The notes under the pieces are model-generated. The model ran no database searches and was not told the origin of the DNA. It saw nothing but the letters and a program-made list of their open reading frames with translations. The translations under genes and the position numbers were made by a program. From Gemmata obscuriglobus (GTDB lineage: Bacteria > Planctomycetota > Planctomycetia > Gemmatales > Gemmataceae): DNA of 32,000 nt. The stretch is taken from the NCBI RefSeq assembly GCF_008065095.1, contig NZ_CP042911.1:7320001-7352000 (forward strand), in the 5' to 3' direction. Positions within the stretch are counted from its first letter, which is position 1; each line of letters starts with the position of its first letter. Shown here piece after piece: positions 20,288-28,439 of this stretch.

Positions 20288-21910
20288 CTACGTCCGCCCG
20301 GCGTCGGTCACCGAACACATGAGCGGCTCCGGCGGGCGCTCGTAGGTGCGGCCCGAGTCCCCGCCGGTGGCGTGGTTCCGAAGCGAGAGCTGGTACATCT
20401 GCTCGCCGGCCGCGGTCGGGTAGTCGCCGGTGAGGCACGCCCGGCACAGCCGATCGGTCGGCAGGTCGATGCACCGCGCCACCGCGTCGACCGGGAGGTA
20501 GAACAGCGAGTCCGCGCCCAGCGCCTTGGCCATCGCGTCCTGTTCCGCCACCGTCGGCACCTTCGTGGACATGAACTTCGGCGCGAACAGCTCCTTCACG
20601 GTGCTCATGTCGATGCCGTAGAAGCACGGCGTCAGGATCGGCGGGCACGCGACCCGCACGTGCACCTCCGCCACGCCGCCCTGCTCGCGCAGGTGCCGCA
20701 GCAGGCTCTGCAGGGTGGTGCTGCGGACGATCGAGTCCTCGACCAAGAGCACCTTCTTGCCCTGGAGCACCTCCGGCAGCGGGGTGAACTTCAGCTTCAC
20801 CTTGTCGGCGCGGTTGCCGCCCTCGATGAACGTGCGGCCGATGTAGCGGTTGCGGATCAGCCCCTCGACGCTCGGGATGCCGAGCGCGAACGCCATCGCG
20901 TCGGCCGCCGCCTTGCCGGTGTCGGGCACCGGCACCACCACCGTCTCGGACGGGTCGAGCGGCACGCGCCCGAGGGCCAGTTCCTGCTTCGCCAGCTCCT
21001 GCCCCAGCCGCGAGCGGCTCAGGTACACGCTCCGGTCGTCCAGGGTGCTGGCCACGTTGGCGAAGTAGATCCACTCGAAGAAGCAGTGCGCCGTCCGCTT
21101 GCTCTCCGCGAACCGGTGGACGCTGAGCTCGCCGTTCTGGATCAGGATCAGCTCGCCGGGCGCGAGCGACTTGATGCTGGTGCGCTTGAACCCGAGGTTC
21201 TGGAGGGCGACGCTCTCGCTGGCGGCGCCGAACAGCGGGCCGTCCTGGGCGTACACCAGCGGCCGGATGCCGACCGGGTCCCGCAGGACCACCATGTCGC
21301 CCATCGCGTTCAGGAACGTGAGGTTGTACGCGCCGTCGAACTTGGCCCCGAGCCGGCTGAAGACCTCGACCAGGTCCGGCCGGTCGTCCGCGCGCATCTC
21401 GTGCGCGAGGTAGTGCATGATGACTTCGGTGTCGTTGTCGCGGGTGAGGTGGTAGTCGTGGTTCTGGAGGAGCTGGTTGCGGAGGTCGGCGAAGTTGGTG
21501 AGCTGGCCGTTGAACGCGAACGCGAACCACTTCCACTTGCACCCGTGCCGCCGCTCGAACGGCTGGGCGTAGGCCCGGGTCTGGCCGCCGCAGGTGGCGT
21601 ACCGGGTGTGCCCGATCGCGGCCCGCCCGGCGAAGTCCTCCATGATGCTCGCGTACTTCGACGGCTCGTTGATCCGGAACGCCTCGATGACGGTGCCGGT
21701 GTCCTTGTAGGTGTCGATGAGCTTGTCGCGGTCCGGGTTGTAGGTGGACATGCCCGCGGCGAGCTGGCCCCGGTTCTGAAGGTCGAGCAGCATCCGGGGC
21801 ATCAGGCGCGACACCTGATCCGGTGCGCCGGTCCACACGGACGACTTCTCTCCGTGTTGGGGGAGGTAATACAACGCCGCCACGCCACATTCGTGGTGCA
21901 ACTCGTCCAT
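20288..21910 (-). CDS. purF: amidophosphoribosyltransferase
   Basis: Start MDELHHECGVAALYY gives a short propeptide before the catalytic Cys of the Ntn amidotransferase domain. The PRPP motif KKVLLVEDSIVRSTT is present. The C-terminus has CRACLTGDYP. The upstream 80 aa of the track ORF are rejected. Confidence 0.9.
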   Translation of the reverse strand: MDELHHECGVAALYYLPQHGEKSSVWTGAPDQVSRLMPRMLLDLQNRGQLAAGMSTYNPDRDKLIDTYKDTGTVIEAFRINEPSKYASIMEDFAGRAAIGHTRYATCGGQTRAYAQPFERRHGCKWKWFAFAFNGQLTNFADLRNQLLQNHDYHLTRDNDTEVIMHYLAHEMRADDRPDLVEVFSRLGAKFDGAYNLTFLNAMGDMVVLRDPVGIRPLVYAQDGPLFGAASESVALQNLGFKRTSIKSLAPGELILIQNGELSVHRFAESKRTAHCFFEWIYFANVASTLDDRSVYLSRSRLGQELAKQELALGRVPLDPSETVVVPVPDTGKAAADAMAFALGIPSVEGLIRNRYIGRTFIEGGNRADKVKLKFTPLPEVLQGKKVLLVEDSIVRSTTLQSLLRHLREQGGVAEVHVRVACPPILTPCFYGIDMSTVKELFAPKFMSTKVPTVAEQDAMAKALGADSLFYLPVDAVARCIDLPTDRLCRACLTGDYPTAAGEQMYQLSLRNHATGGDSGRTYERPPEPLMCSVTDAGRT

Positions 21911-21960
21911 GTCACCGCCGGGTAGAAAAAGAAGAGCTGGGCGTGCGTCCCACGGATCAG

Positions 21961-21990
21961 AATATAGGTCGGTGTAGGTTTCGTGAACAA
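21961..21990 (-). promoter_or_regulatory. candidate sigma70-type promoter for purF
   Basis: On the minus strand: TTGTTC (21990-21985), an 18-nt spacer, then TATATT (21966-21961), about 50 nt upstream of ATG 21910. This is a pattern match only. Confidence 0.3.
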
Positions 21991-22294
21991 TCGCAGTCCG
22001 CGAGTTCACCGACACATTTCGCCCGGAGCAGAACGCCCGCACCGGGTTGGATGAAGGCGCGAACCTGCGCGATTCCACCGGGCAACGAGCAAAGACCGAT
22101 TGACCGTAAGGAGCAAAAGAGTAACGGCCGCGAACGCGCACAAAAAGCACAGAAGAGAGCGGGGAACCCCAGACAAAAGAGTGCGTTCAACCTCTTACCC
22201 CTACTTTCATTCTTTTGCGCCCTTTGTGCTCTTCCCTGGCTGTTGCTCTTTCTGACTTACTCTACTCTGACCAGTTTGCGGCCTTTCACCTTCT

Positions 22295-23377
22295 TCAATC
22301 CCGCCCGCTGCGGAACCCGCGCATGCCCTCCGGGGCCAGCGGCTGGAACAGCGACCCGCCGAGCCACCCGCCGACGAGCCCCGCCAGTGCAACCCCCACG
22401 AGCGCCCCGGCGACCGCGGCGGGCTCGGTCGGCGCCAGTTCGCCCAGCGACAGCTTGTCGAGCCAGAACGCGACCGGCACGAGCGCCTCCCCGCGGGCCG
22501 CGGTGGCGCCGAGCACGCCGACCCCGGCGATGCCGCCGGCCAGCAGCCCGTGACGGGGTCCGGCGCCGGTGTTCGCGCCCGCCAGCCCGGCCCCGCCCAG
22601 CAGCCCGAGCATCGCGACCTGCCAGGTGATGAACCGGGCCTGCCCCACGGTCCCCACCTTCAGCGCCCCTTCGGAATACCTTTGGGCTTGCTTCCGCACC
22701 TGATCGGCGCACGCCACCGACGCCACCATCAGGGCCGCCCCGACGAGAACCCGCGCCCAGGCCGTCGGGCGCCCGGAGTCGTTCGAGGTCGCGGCCGCGA
22801 ACCGCAGCGAGCTGAGCTTGTGCGGCTCCGGAACCGGCATATCGAGGACCGGCACCGCGCCCCACACCCGGGTCGCGAACACGCCCGCCACCCCGCCCAC
22901 CGCGACCAGCACCAGCGGTTGCAGGTACAGCACAAGGTCGCGGGCCGGCGCACCGGCCACCAGTTCTGCCCCGAGGAACAGCGCGCCGCACACCGCGCCG
23001 ACGGTGGCGCCGAACACGAACCCGCCCCTCCGCCCGGCCGCCGCGAGCACCGCCCCGAAAATCACGGTGGCGATCTGCAGCCCGCCCACCACCAACAACC
23101 CGTCGAACGAGTTCCACAGGGCGTCGGGATCGGGGTGCGCGGCCAGCACCACGCCCATCGCGAACTTCCGCAGCCCGAGGTACAGCCCCAGCGCGAACAC
23201 GGCCCCCACCGCCACCCGCCCGAGCGGTGCGGGCGCCGGCGGCTCCGGCGCCGGTTCCAGCGGCTGCGGCGCGACGGCCGCGTCGGTCTCGTGCGGCAGG
23301 AGGAGCAGCCCGCCGCACCGGGGGCACCGCTGCGTGCCGGCGTGCGCGGCCTGGCACTTCGGGCAGAACAGTTGCAT
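22295..23377 (-). CDS. multipass membrane protein with an N-terminal zinc ribbon
   Basis: Internal ATG at 23377 gives MQLFCPKCQAAHAGTQRCPRCGGLLLLP (CxxC..CxxC). Several Gly/Ala/Val-rich TM segments follow. The upstream 112 aa of the track ORF are not protein-like. Confidence 0.7.
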   Translation of the reverse strand: MQLFCPKCQAAHAGTQRCPRCGGLLLLPHETDAAVAPQPLEPAPEPPAPAPLGRVAVGAVFALGLYLGLRKFAMGVVLAAHPDPDALWNSFDGLLVVGGLQIATVIFGAVLAAAGRRGGFVFGATVGAVCGALFLGAELVAGAPARDLVLYLQPLVLVAVGGVAGVFATRVWGAVPVLDMPVPEPHKLSSLRFAAATSNDSGRPTAWARVLVGAALMVASVACADQVRKQAQRYSEGALKVGTVGQARFITWQVAMLGLLGGAGLAGANTGAGPRHGLLAGGIAGVGVLGATAARGEALVPVAFWLDKLSLGELAPTEPAAVAGALVGVALAGLVGGWLGGSLFQPLAPEGMRGFRSGRD

Positions 23378-23981
23378 GGCGGGTCGTACCGGTGGCGCCA
23401 GAGGTTCCGATTTCAGTCTAGAACGCAATTTGTGCCTGTGACGCATGCCGATACGAACCCACGCCCGCGCATGGACGGCAGAACCGTAAAAGGCCGACAC
23501 GGCTTCGACCAAACCGCCTGAAACAAGGGCGGGAAAGTGCCCTCCCATTCGCAGGACATCGTTGACCGGCTCTTCCACGCATCGAGCGTTGTTCCACTGC
23601 GCAACTCCCACGCTGCGTTTCCCGAAGTCCGAATCGCGCATTGCCTGGCGACCGGTAATCAGCGCCCCCTGCCGATCGGAAGGAGATGTCGCCGGCACGA
23701 TCAAAACCGCCATAAGACGCTCCCCCTAATTATCTTGCGCCGCAAAAACGGCGAGAATCCGTGGCCAATATCAGCTCGTCTAACGCCCTTATTTCGCGGC
23801 TCGGATGGCGAATTCGTGGGTAGCAGAGGCCCAGCAAATCGCCAGTCCGTGACCAGTCGGACGCCAGCGAATGTCCCGTCGGTGCCCCAGTCGAGATTCC
23901 TGCCAGTGCGGCGCGGGGTTCCGTTGTGGCGCCGAGTGAGCGAGAAGCGACGGAACCGCCCGTCAAGTAAGAGCCACGACC

Positions 23982-24088
23982 GGCGGAAACAACTCGCCTA
24001 TCAGGCTGATGGCACCGGCTCGGCCGGGTCGGAATCGCATTCACGAACACGCGGGCGGAAACAACTCGCCTATCAGGCTGATGGCACC
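23982..24088. repeat. two identical 35-bp direct repeats separated by a unique 37-bp spacer
   Basis: GGCGGAAACAACTCGCCTATCAGGCTGATGGCACC occurs at 23982-24016 and again at 24054-24088. The repeat contains the small palindrome GCCTATCAGGC. I found no third copy on either side. Confidence 0.9.
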
Positions 24089-24401
24089 AGACGCGTTCGC
24101 CCCGTGGATGTGAAGCTCGAAGCCGATCGTGAACCGGAAGCCGGCGCACGCTTGAGGTTGTGGAGGGAATTCCCCTCTTTACTGATGCGTGCCGAACTGA
24201 CCCTCCGGCGGCGGGATCGGTTTGCTCCGTATGCCGGGAGCGGGAAGACAGTCACCGATCTGAAGGTTGATTCGGGCGTGAACCGTTACCGCATGGGCCG
24301 CTGAAGCGCGCAGCGGGGATGTTTGTAGCGTTTGGGAACGAACCGTAACAGCTCTGGGCAATCAGCAGACGGAGCGGGCGAATTCAAATCTGAGCATTCG
24401 C

Positions 24402-24590
24402 TCACGCCACAAGCATGAGGCCATTGAATCCGGGCGGTCGCGTGTCGTCGTCCCGCCCCAGCGCCTTCCGCACGCGCTCCCCGAGGTCGTGAGCAGCGGC
24501 GCGCACGCGGGTCAGCACGCTCTCGCGCGGCTCTTGTGCGCGACCGCTCTCGGTGCTGTCTTGCGCCTGCGGTTTGTTGTCGGCGTTCAT
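24402..24590 (-). CDS. small hypothetical protein (62 aa)
   Basis: ATG at 24590 lies 6 nt after GGGAGGG. Sequence: MNADNKPQAQDSTESGRAQEPRESVLTRVRAAAHDLGERVRKALGRDDDTRPPGFNGLMLVA. Confidence 0.35.
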   Translation of the reverse strand: MNADNKPQAQDSTESGRAQEPRESVLTRVRAAAHDLGERVRKALGRDDDTRPPGFNGLMLVA

Positions 24591-24782
24591 GGCGGTCCCT
24601 CCCAGGTGGAATCGGAAGTTGTGCATACCGCGCGCCCGGAGGCGGACATTCGTCAAAGGCAAAGGAACGAAGTTGAGCGAAGGTGGAATTCCCTGACGCA
24701 CCGTTACCCACACCTCTGACAACATGATGTCCGACGATCGCAAATAATCTGCGGTACATCAACACCGCGAGTTCATGTGCTC

Positions 24783-25037
24783 ATGATTACGCTGACGGCT
24801 GCCGCTCTCGACACATTGACGACGACGCCGGGTACGGGACCTCGTTCCGAACCGCCCGCACTTCCGTTCGCGTGGTGGTGCGCGAGCTGCCAGCGGCGGA
24901 CCCCGTTCGGGTACGATCAGCTCCGACAGTTCGCGCACCACGGGTGGCCCGTGTGCTGCGGAGAAGTGGTGCTCGCGTTGCCGCAAGAGGCCTTTGCGCA
25001 CGTCGTAACGGACGGGGCACGGGCGGCTTCGAGTTGA
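24783..25037 (+). CDS. small hypothetical Cys-containing protein
   Basis: MITLTAAALD...WWCASCQRRTPFGYDQLRQFAHHGWPVCCGEVV, with fairly high GC3. An alternative GTG start lies at 24777. No family was recognised. Confidence 0.3.
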   Translation: MITLTAAALDTLTTTPGTGPRSEPPALPFAWWCASCQRRTPFGYDQLRQFAHHGWPVCCGEVVLALPQEAFAHVVTDGARAASS

Positions 25038-25162
25038 GGGTGAACGTGGCTCGTGCGCTCGCGCCGCGGCCCGTCACAATCTTCCAACCGGTCCGCGCGG
25101 CGACCTCGGCACCTCTCGCAGCGCGACCACGCGAGTCTTCGACTCGCCGCCCGTGAAATAGT

Positions 25163-25194
25163 GCGGGCCGGGGTTGTAGTAGTCCCCGGCCCGC
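25163..25194. terminator. perfect 11-bp GC hairpin between convergent small genes
   Basis: GCGGGCCGGGG, loop ttgtagtagt, then CCCCGGCCCGC. On the minus strand it is followed by ACTATTTCAC. Confidence 0.35.
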
Positions 25195-25418
25195 CGCCCG
25201 ACCTCGCAACTCGGGCGTCACGTCGAGGAAAAACAGATACTACTATTTCAGTCCCCGGCGTGTCAGAGGGTGCAGAAAGCCGCGGTCGGGAATTCGCGAA
25301 GTGGACAGAAGCTCGAACGCAGTCCGGACCGCATTCCCGTGGCGCCGATTTCCCGATCCAACCCGCGGGCGACTCGCCGCGCCGCCGAGCGCAAGCCCCG
25401 GGCCGCCCGGAGTTGGTA

Positions 25419-25745
25419 TCAGGCCGTGCCGTCGCGAACTGCGGGCGGGATGCAAAGCGAGCCGCAGTTCCGCCCGAACGCGCTCAGCACCCCGGCCACC
25501 AACTCCGGACGGCACGACACGACAACCAACCACCGCCCCGCCGTCGTCTCACTCGCGTAGTACGTCCCGGCTTCGGCCGTCGTGCCGCCGGCGACCAGAT
25601 CGGCGACGCCACCCGGCGCCCCAGGCTCGACGACCCGAACGTGCTCCGCACCGTACCCGTCCGACACCAGTTGTGCGGCCGCCCGCTCGGCCCGCTCGCA
25701 CAGATCGAACACCCCGACGACCGAGCGTCGCTCCCCGGTTGACAT
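25419..25745 (-). CDS. small stress-protein-like protein (YflT / general stress protein 17M-like N-terminus)
   Basis: ATG at 25745 follows AAGGGGGGG. The pattern RSVVGVFDLCERAERAAAQLVSDGYGAEHVRVVEP is typical of YflT-type domains, from memory. Confidence 0.5.
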   Translation of the reverse strand: MSTGERRSVVGVFDLCERAERAAAQLVSDGYGAEHVRVVEPGAPGGVADLVAGGTTAEAGTYYASETTAGRWLVVVSCRPELVAGVLSAFGRNCGSLCIPPAVRDGTA

Positions 25746-25913
25746 CGTTCCCCCCCTTGAATCCGACGCCGGTATGGCGGTGCGGATGGGGCGCAAAACC
25801 ATGCACGTTCGAGGCCGGCAACCGAGTCGCGTCGGTAGGTTCCGAAATCGATGAACGGCCCAAAAGGTGCCTTCGTTCATAAGGCTTAACTGCAAGCGTG
25901 ACGGAGGGGTGTT

Positions 25914-26075
25914 ATGCGTCGATGGGTACGGGTCTTCCTGTTCATGGCGGTCGTGGCCGCACCGGTCGCGTTCGGCGCGGCAGGTTCGGAGCTAACGACT
26001 TACGGTCTTGTGGTGTTCTTCGGCAGCTTGCTGCTCGGACTCTTCGCGCTGATGAGCGCGCGACGGCCGATCTAG
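25914..26075 (+). CDS. small two-TM membrane protein (53 aa; below the ORF-track length cutoff)
   Basis: GGAGGGG, 4 nt, then ATG at 25914. Sequence: MRRWVRVFLFMAVVAAPVAFGAAGSELTTYGLVVFFGSLLLGLFALMSARRPI*. Confidence 0.4.
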   Translation: MRRWVRVFLFMAVVAAPVAFGAAGSELTTYGLVVFFGSLLLGLFALMSARRPI

Positions 26076-26711
26076 CCGGCCTCGCCGCCGGCGCAGTGGG
26101 TAGATACTGGCTTTCCGAACGGGCAGCGGTGATGTTCCGGGCAGTAACTCACGGGTTCGGGAACGATGTGCGGCGTACCAGGGTAAGTTTGAGGGCCGGG
26201 GCAACCTGGTAAGATCAAACAAGAGAGCGACGGATGCGGTAGAAATCGTTACCCGGCGGGGCGGGAGTTTCTCGGCACCCCGGCGGTCGAGCAGGGCGCG
26301 AGCCGCAGCCACCTGCGGCCACTTCTTTCGGTTGCGCGAAGGGAACGGCGGACCACGGCGGGGTGAAGCATACACGACGCCGACCGCGAGATGCAAGTCA
26401 CCCGTTTACGAACTCGGGCAGAGCACGGCCAGCGTTCGGCAGATCGTTGGCGGCGCGACAGTGAAACTGAGTGCGACAGAATGAGGCCTGGGGGACTTGG
26501 CGCCGTGGTTGTGCGCTGGTCTAATCGCATGCAAGCTGTCACAATGCTCTGACGACGTGGGCTTCGCACAAACCCGTTACCTCGTTATTGCGCATATTGT
26601 GAAAGTAATCTTCACGCGACAACTGCAGTAGGATCATCGAGTTCAGCCCCGGGTGCTGCGTGGGGCTAAATGTCCCCGTGTTAGCGGGCAAGTCTCGCGC
26701 ACTAAACACAG

Positions 26712-26718
26712 GTTCGGC
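26712..26718 (+). other. lone GTTCGGC core (attI-like junction candidate) preceding the first cassette ORF
   Basis: It has the same 7-mer and the same spacing to the next start codon (18 nt) as the right end of every repeat. The upstream 90 nt show no similarity to the repeat. Confidence 0.4.
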
Positions 26719-26736
26719 AACCCAGAGGGCGTCCGG

Positions 26737-27129
26737 GTGCGGCAGGTTGTGAGAACAGCAATTTCAGTCGTCGCGGTGGCCTTGGTCGGCTGCGGGGTCG
26801 GCGGCACGACGGTCGGCGTCATGTTCGCCCCGCCGCCCGGCCCGATCTCGCCCGGCGGCCGCGCCGAGACGCGCGTCACGGTCCGGTTCGGCGATGCCGG
26901 CGACTCGTGGGCCGGCCGTACCGTTAAGGTGTCCGTCCGGTCGCCGGCGGATGTAAAAGTCGAGCCGGCCGAGTCCGAGGTCGCGCTCGACGCCAAGGGG
27001 GCCGCGGTCGTCCGGGTGTACGTCACCCCAGATAAGGCGGCCCCCGCCGGACCGCGGACGCTGGCCATCACCGCTACCGGTTCGGGCACGGCGAGTACGA
27101 CCCTCAACGCGGATGTTACCGTCCGGTGA
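26737..27129 (+). CDS. cassette ORF 0: small lipoprotein
   Basis: GTG at 26737 lies 8 nt after AGAGGG. The lipobox signal is (M)RQVVRTAISVVAVALVGC. The rest is beta-rich (TRVTVRF...VKVSVRS...VVRVYVTP). An alternative GTG lies at 26749. The track start at 26653 would span the core site. Confidence 0.6.
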   Translation: MRQVVRTAISVVAVALVGCGVGGTTVGVMFAPPPGPISPGGRAETRVTVRFGDAGDSWAGRTVKVSVRSPADVKVEPAESEVALDAKGAAVVRVYVTPDKAAPAGPRTLAITATGSGTASTTLNADVTVR

Positions 27130-27138
27130 GGCGCAGAA

Positions 27139-27229
27139 GCCGAACCCGGCGCTGCACCTGACACCGCCATCGGCTGCGGTTGTGATGCTCACTTGTATCC
27201 TGGCGGTGCAGGTGAGCTCGTTGTTCGGC
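27139..27229 (+). repeat. attC-like repeat copy A (91 nt)
   Basis: GCCGAACCCGGCGCTGCACCTGACACCGCC...GGCGGTGCAGGTGAGCTCGTTGTTCGGC. It starts 10 nt after the stop at 27129. Confidence 0.75.
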
Positions 27230-27239
27230 CGCCGGAGAA

Positions 27240-27518
27240 CTACGTGCGCGGGACATCGCTCCGTGGTCGGTTCCACAGAATAACCTTGGTCACGCGATCC
27301 TGACGGTAGATCACTTGGAGCCGTGGGGTCAAATAGGAAGCGGTGACCACTGGGTCGAGCCGATTGCCCAATAGCTCGTACCCATTCTGAGGGGGGCCAA
27401 GCCGCAACTCGACCTCCGCCCGGGTCATGCCGGCTGCGACGGGCGGGTACTGCGGTGGTAGTTTCTGTTCGGCTGCCGAGAGGAGCAGGTATCCGGCCAG
27501 TGCGATCACGAACCCCAT
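27240..27518 (-). CDS. cassette ORF 1 (inverted): small anchored protein with a BamE/SmpA_OmlA-like motif
   Basis: GGGAGGG, 5 nt, then ATG on the minus strand. MGFVIALAGYLLLSAA is the anchor. GMTRAEVELRLGPP resembles the BamE/SmpA signature. Confidence 0.55.
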   Translation of the reverse strand: MGFVIALAGYLLLSAAEQKLPPQYPPVAAGMTRAEVELRLGPPQNGYELLGNRLDPVVTASYLTPRLQVIYRQDRVTKVILWNRPRSDVPRT

Positions 27519-27596
27519 CAGTGCCCTCCCGGTTGGGTGACACCGATCCGATATCAGGCTCGCAGGACTGGTGCAACCTCACACGCAGTCGGAGAG

Positions 27597-27688
27597 GCCG
27601 CCCCAGGCGCTGTAAGCTGACACCGCACGCTGAGCTGTGACGCATCGCTCATCGTGTGATGGCGGCGTAGGTGAGCTGTAAGTTCGGC
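27597..27688 (+). repeat. attC-like repeat copy B (92 nt, degenerate left core GCCGCCC)
   Basis: GCCGCCCCAGGCGCTGTAAGCTGACACCGCACGCTGAGCTGTGACGCATCGCTCATCGTGTGATGGCGGCGTAGGTGAGCTGTAAGTTCGGC. Confidence 0.7.
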
Positions 27689-27712
27689 CATGTACACTAG
27701 AAGAGGTTCCCG

Positions 27713-28324
27713 ATGCAGTACTCCTACGCCGCGACGCTCGCCTTGCTCGTCTCGGTCACCGCCTACGGACAGCCCCCGGCCCCGTCGCTCGCGCTCGACC
27801 CGGTGCCCTTCGACGACGTGTCCGAGTTGCTCCGCGTCCTCCGGCGATCCGGCCGGCTGACGCTACCCGAGGACGCCCCGAAGGGGCGAATCGTGGCCGA
27901 GTTCTACGCCGCCGGGAAGCTGGCTCGCGGCGAACTCGACACCGGCCTCGGGTACGACGCGACCCGCGACCCGCGGCCGAAGCGCGAGGTCCGCTTCGTC
28001 GCGCAGTTCGCTGACCTGGACTACCTGCCGCTCGGGGACGCCAAGAAGGGGCACGTCCGGATGCTGCTCAAGCTCCGGGTCGGGGACGACGTGTTGACGA
28101 CCTCCTCGACCCAGGACATTCCCAAAACGGTGTTCGACTACACCAAGGGGATCGGCGGCGGCGAGTTCCCGGCCAAGGCGGCGACCGCGGCCGAGGTGCC
28201 CCTCTTCTACCTCGTCGCCAACTCGAACCAGATCAAAGCCAGCAGCACCCCGAAGGAGGCCGTTGAGCTGCACCCGGATGCACAGGTCGCGATTTTCTAC
28301 TTCCGACGGCCGAGTGCGAAGTGA
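27713..28324 (+). CDS. cassette ORF 2: secreted hypothetical protein
   Basis: Signal peptide MQYSYAATLALLVSVTAYGQPP, 203 aa. The start lies 24 nt after the repeat, behind AGAAGAGG. Confidence 0.7.
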   Translation: MQYSYAATLALLVSVTAYGQPPAPSLALDPVPFDDVSELLRVLRRSGRLTLPEDAPKGRIVAEFYAAGKLARGELDTGLGYDATRDPRPKREVRFVAQFADLDYLPLGDAKKGHVRMLLKLRVGDDVLTTSSTQDIPKTVFDYTKGIGGGEFPAKAATAAEVPLFYLVANSNQIKASSTPKEAVELHPDAQVAIFYFRRPSAK

Positions 28325-28336
28325 CGCTGCGAGTTG

Positions 28337-28426
28337 GCCGGAGCCGGCGCTGCAGCAGACCGCCGGCTGATTCGGGGGCGCACCGCTGCTCGGGAGGTGG
28401 CGGTGCAGGTGATCTGTCAGTTCGGC
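28337..28426 (+). repeat. attC-like repeat copy C (90 nt, degenerate left core GCCGGAG)
   Basis: GCCGGAGCCGGCGCTGCAGCAGACCGCCGGCTGATTCGGGGGCGCACCGCTGCTCGGGAGGTGGCGGTGCAGGTGATCTGTCAGTTCGGC. Confidence 0.7.
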
Positions 28427-28439
28427 TGCGGAGACGAGC

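Noticed and set aside
21911-22100. A purine-pathway riboswitch (for example ZTP/pfl) in the purF leader
   Set aside because: I read the minus-strand leader and could not find the conserved ZTP cores (GGGUCGUGACUGGCG / CCGCCUGGGC) or any other riboswitch signature I know. Only small generic hairpins are present.
23537-24304. 255-aa + strand ORF spanning the 35-bp direct repeats (repeated peptide RKQLAYQADGT)
   Set aside because: Its composition is Arg/Ser/Pro-rich. It has no SD or family motif, and its GC3 is unremarkable. The peptide repeat is simply the translated DNA repeat.
24787-25418. ORFs at 24787..25221 (-), 24872..25156 (+), 25053..25742 (+), 25243..25533 (-) and 25301..25882 (+)
   Set aside because: They are Arg/Pro/Ala-rich overlapping frames with no SD or motif. 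The region is better explained as intergenic DNA with a strong hairpin between two convergent small genes.
25992-26569. Minus-strand ORFs of 134 aa and 106 aa left of the array, considered as possible integron-integrase remnants
   Set aside because: I translated all minus frames of 26100-26640 and found no tyrosine-recombinase boxes (R...HxxR...Y), only Arg/Ser/Pro-rich sequence with frequent stops in the other frames. A sensitive frameshift-tolerant search is still advisable.
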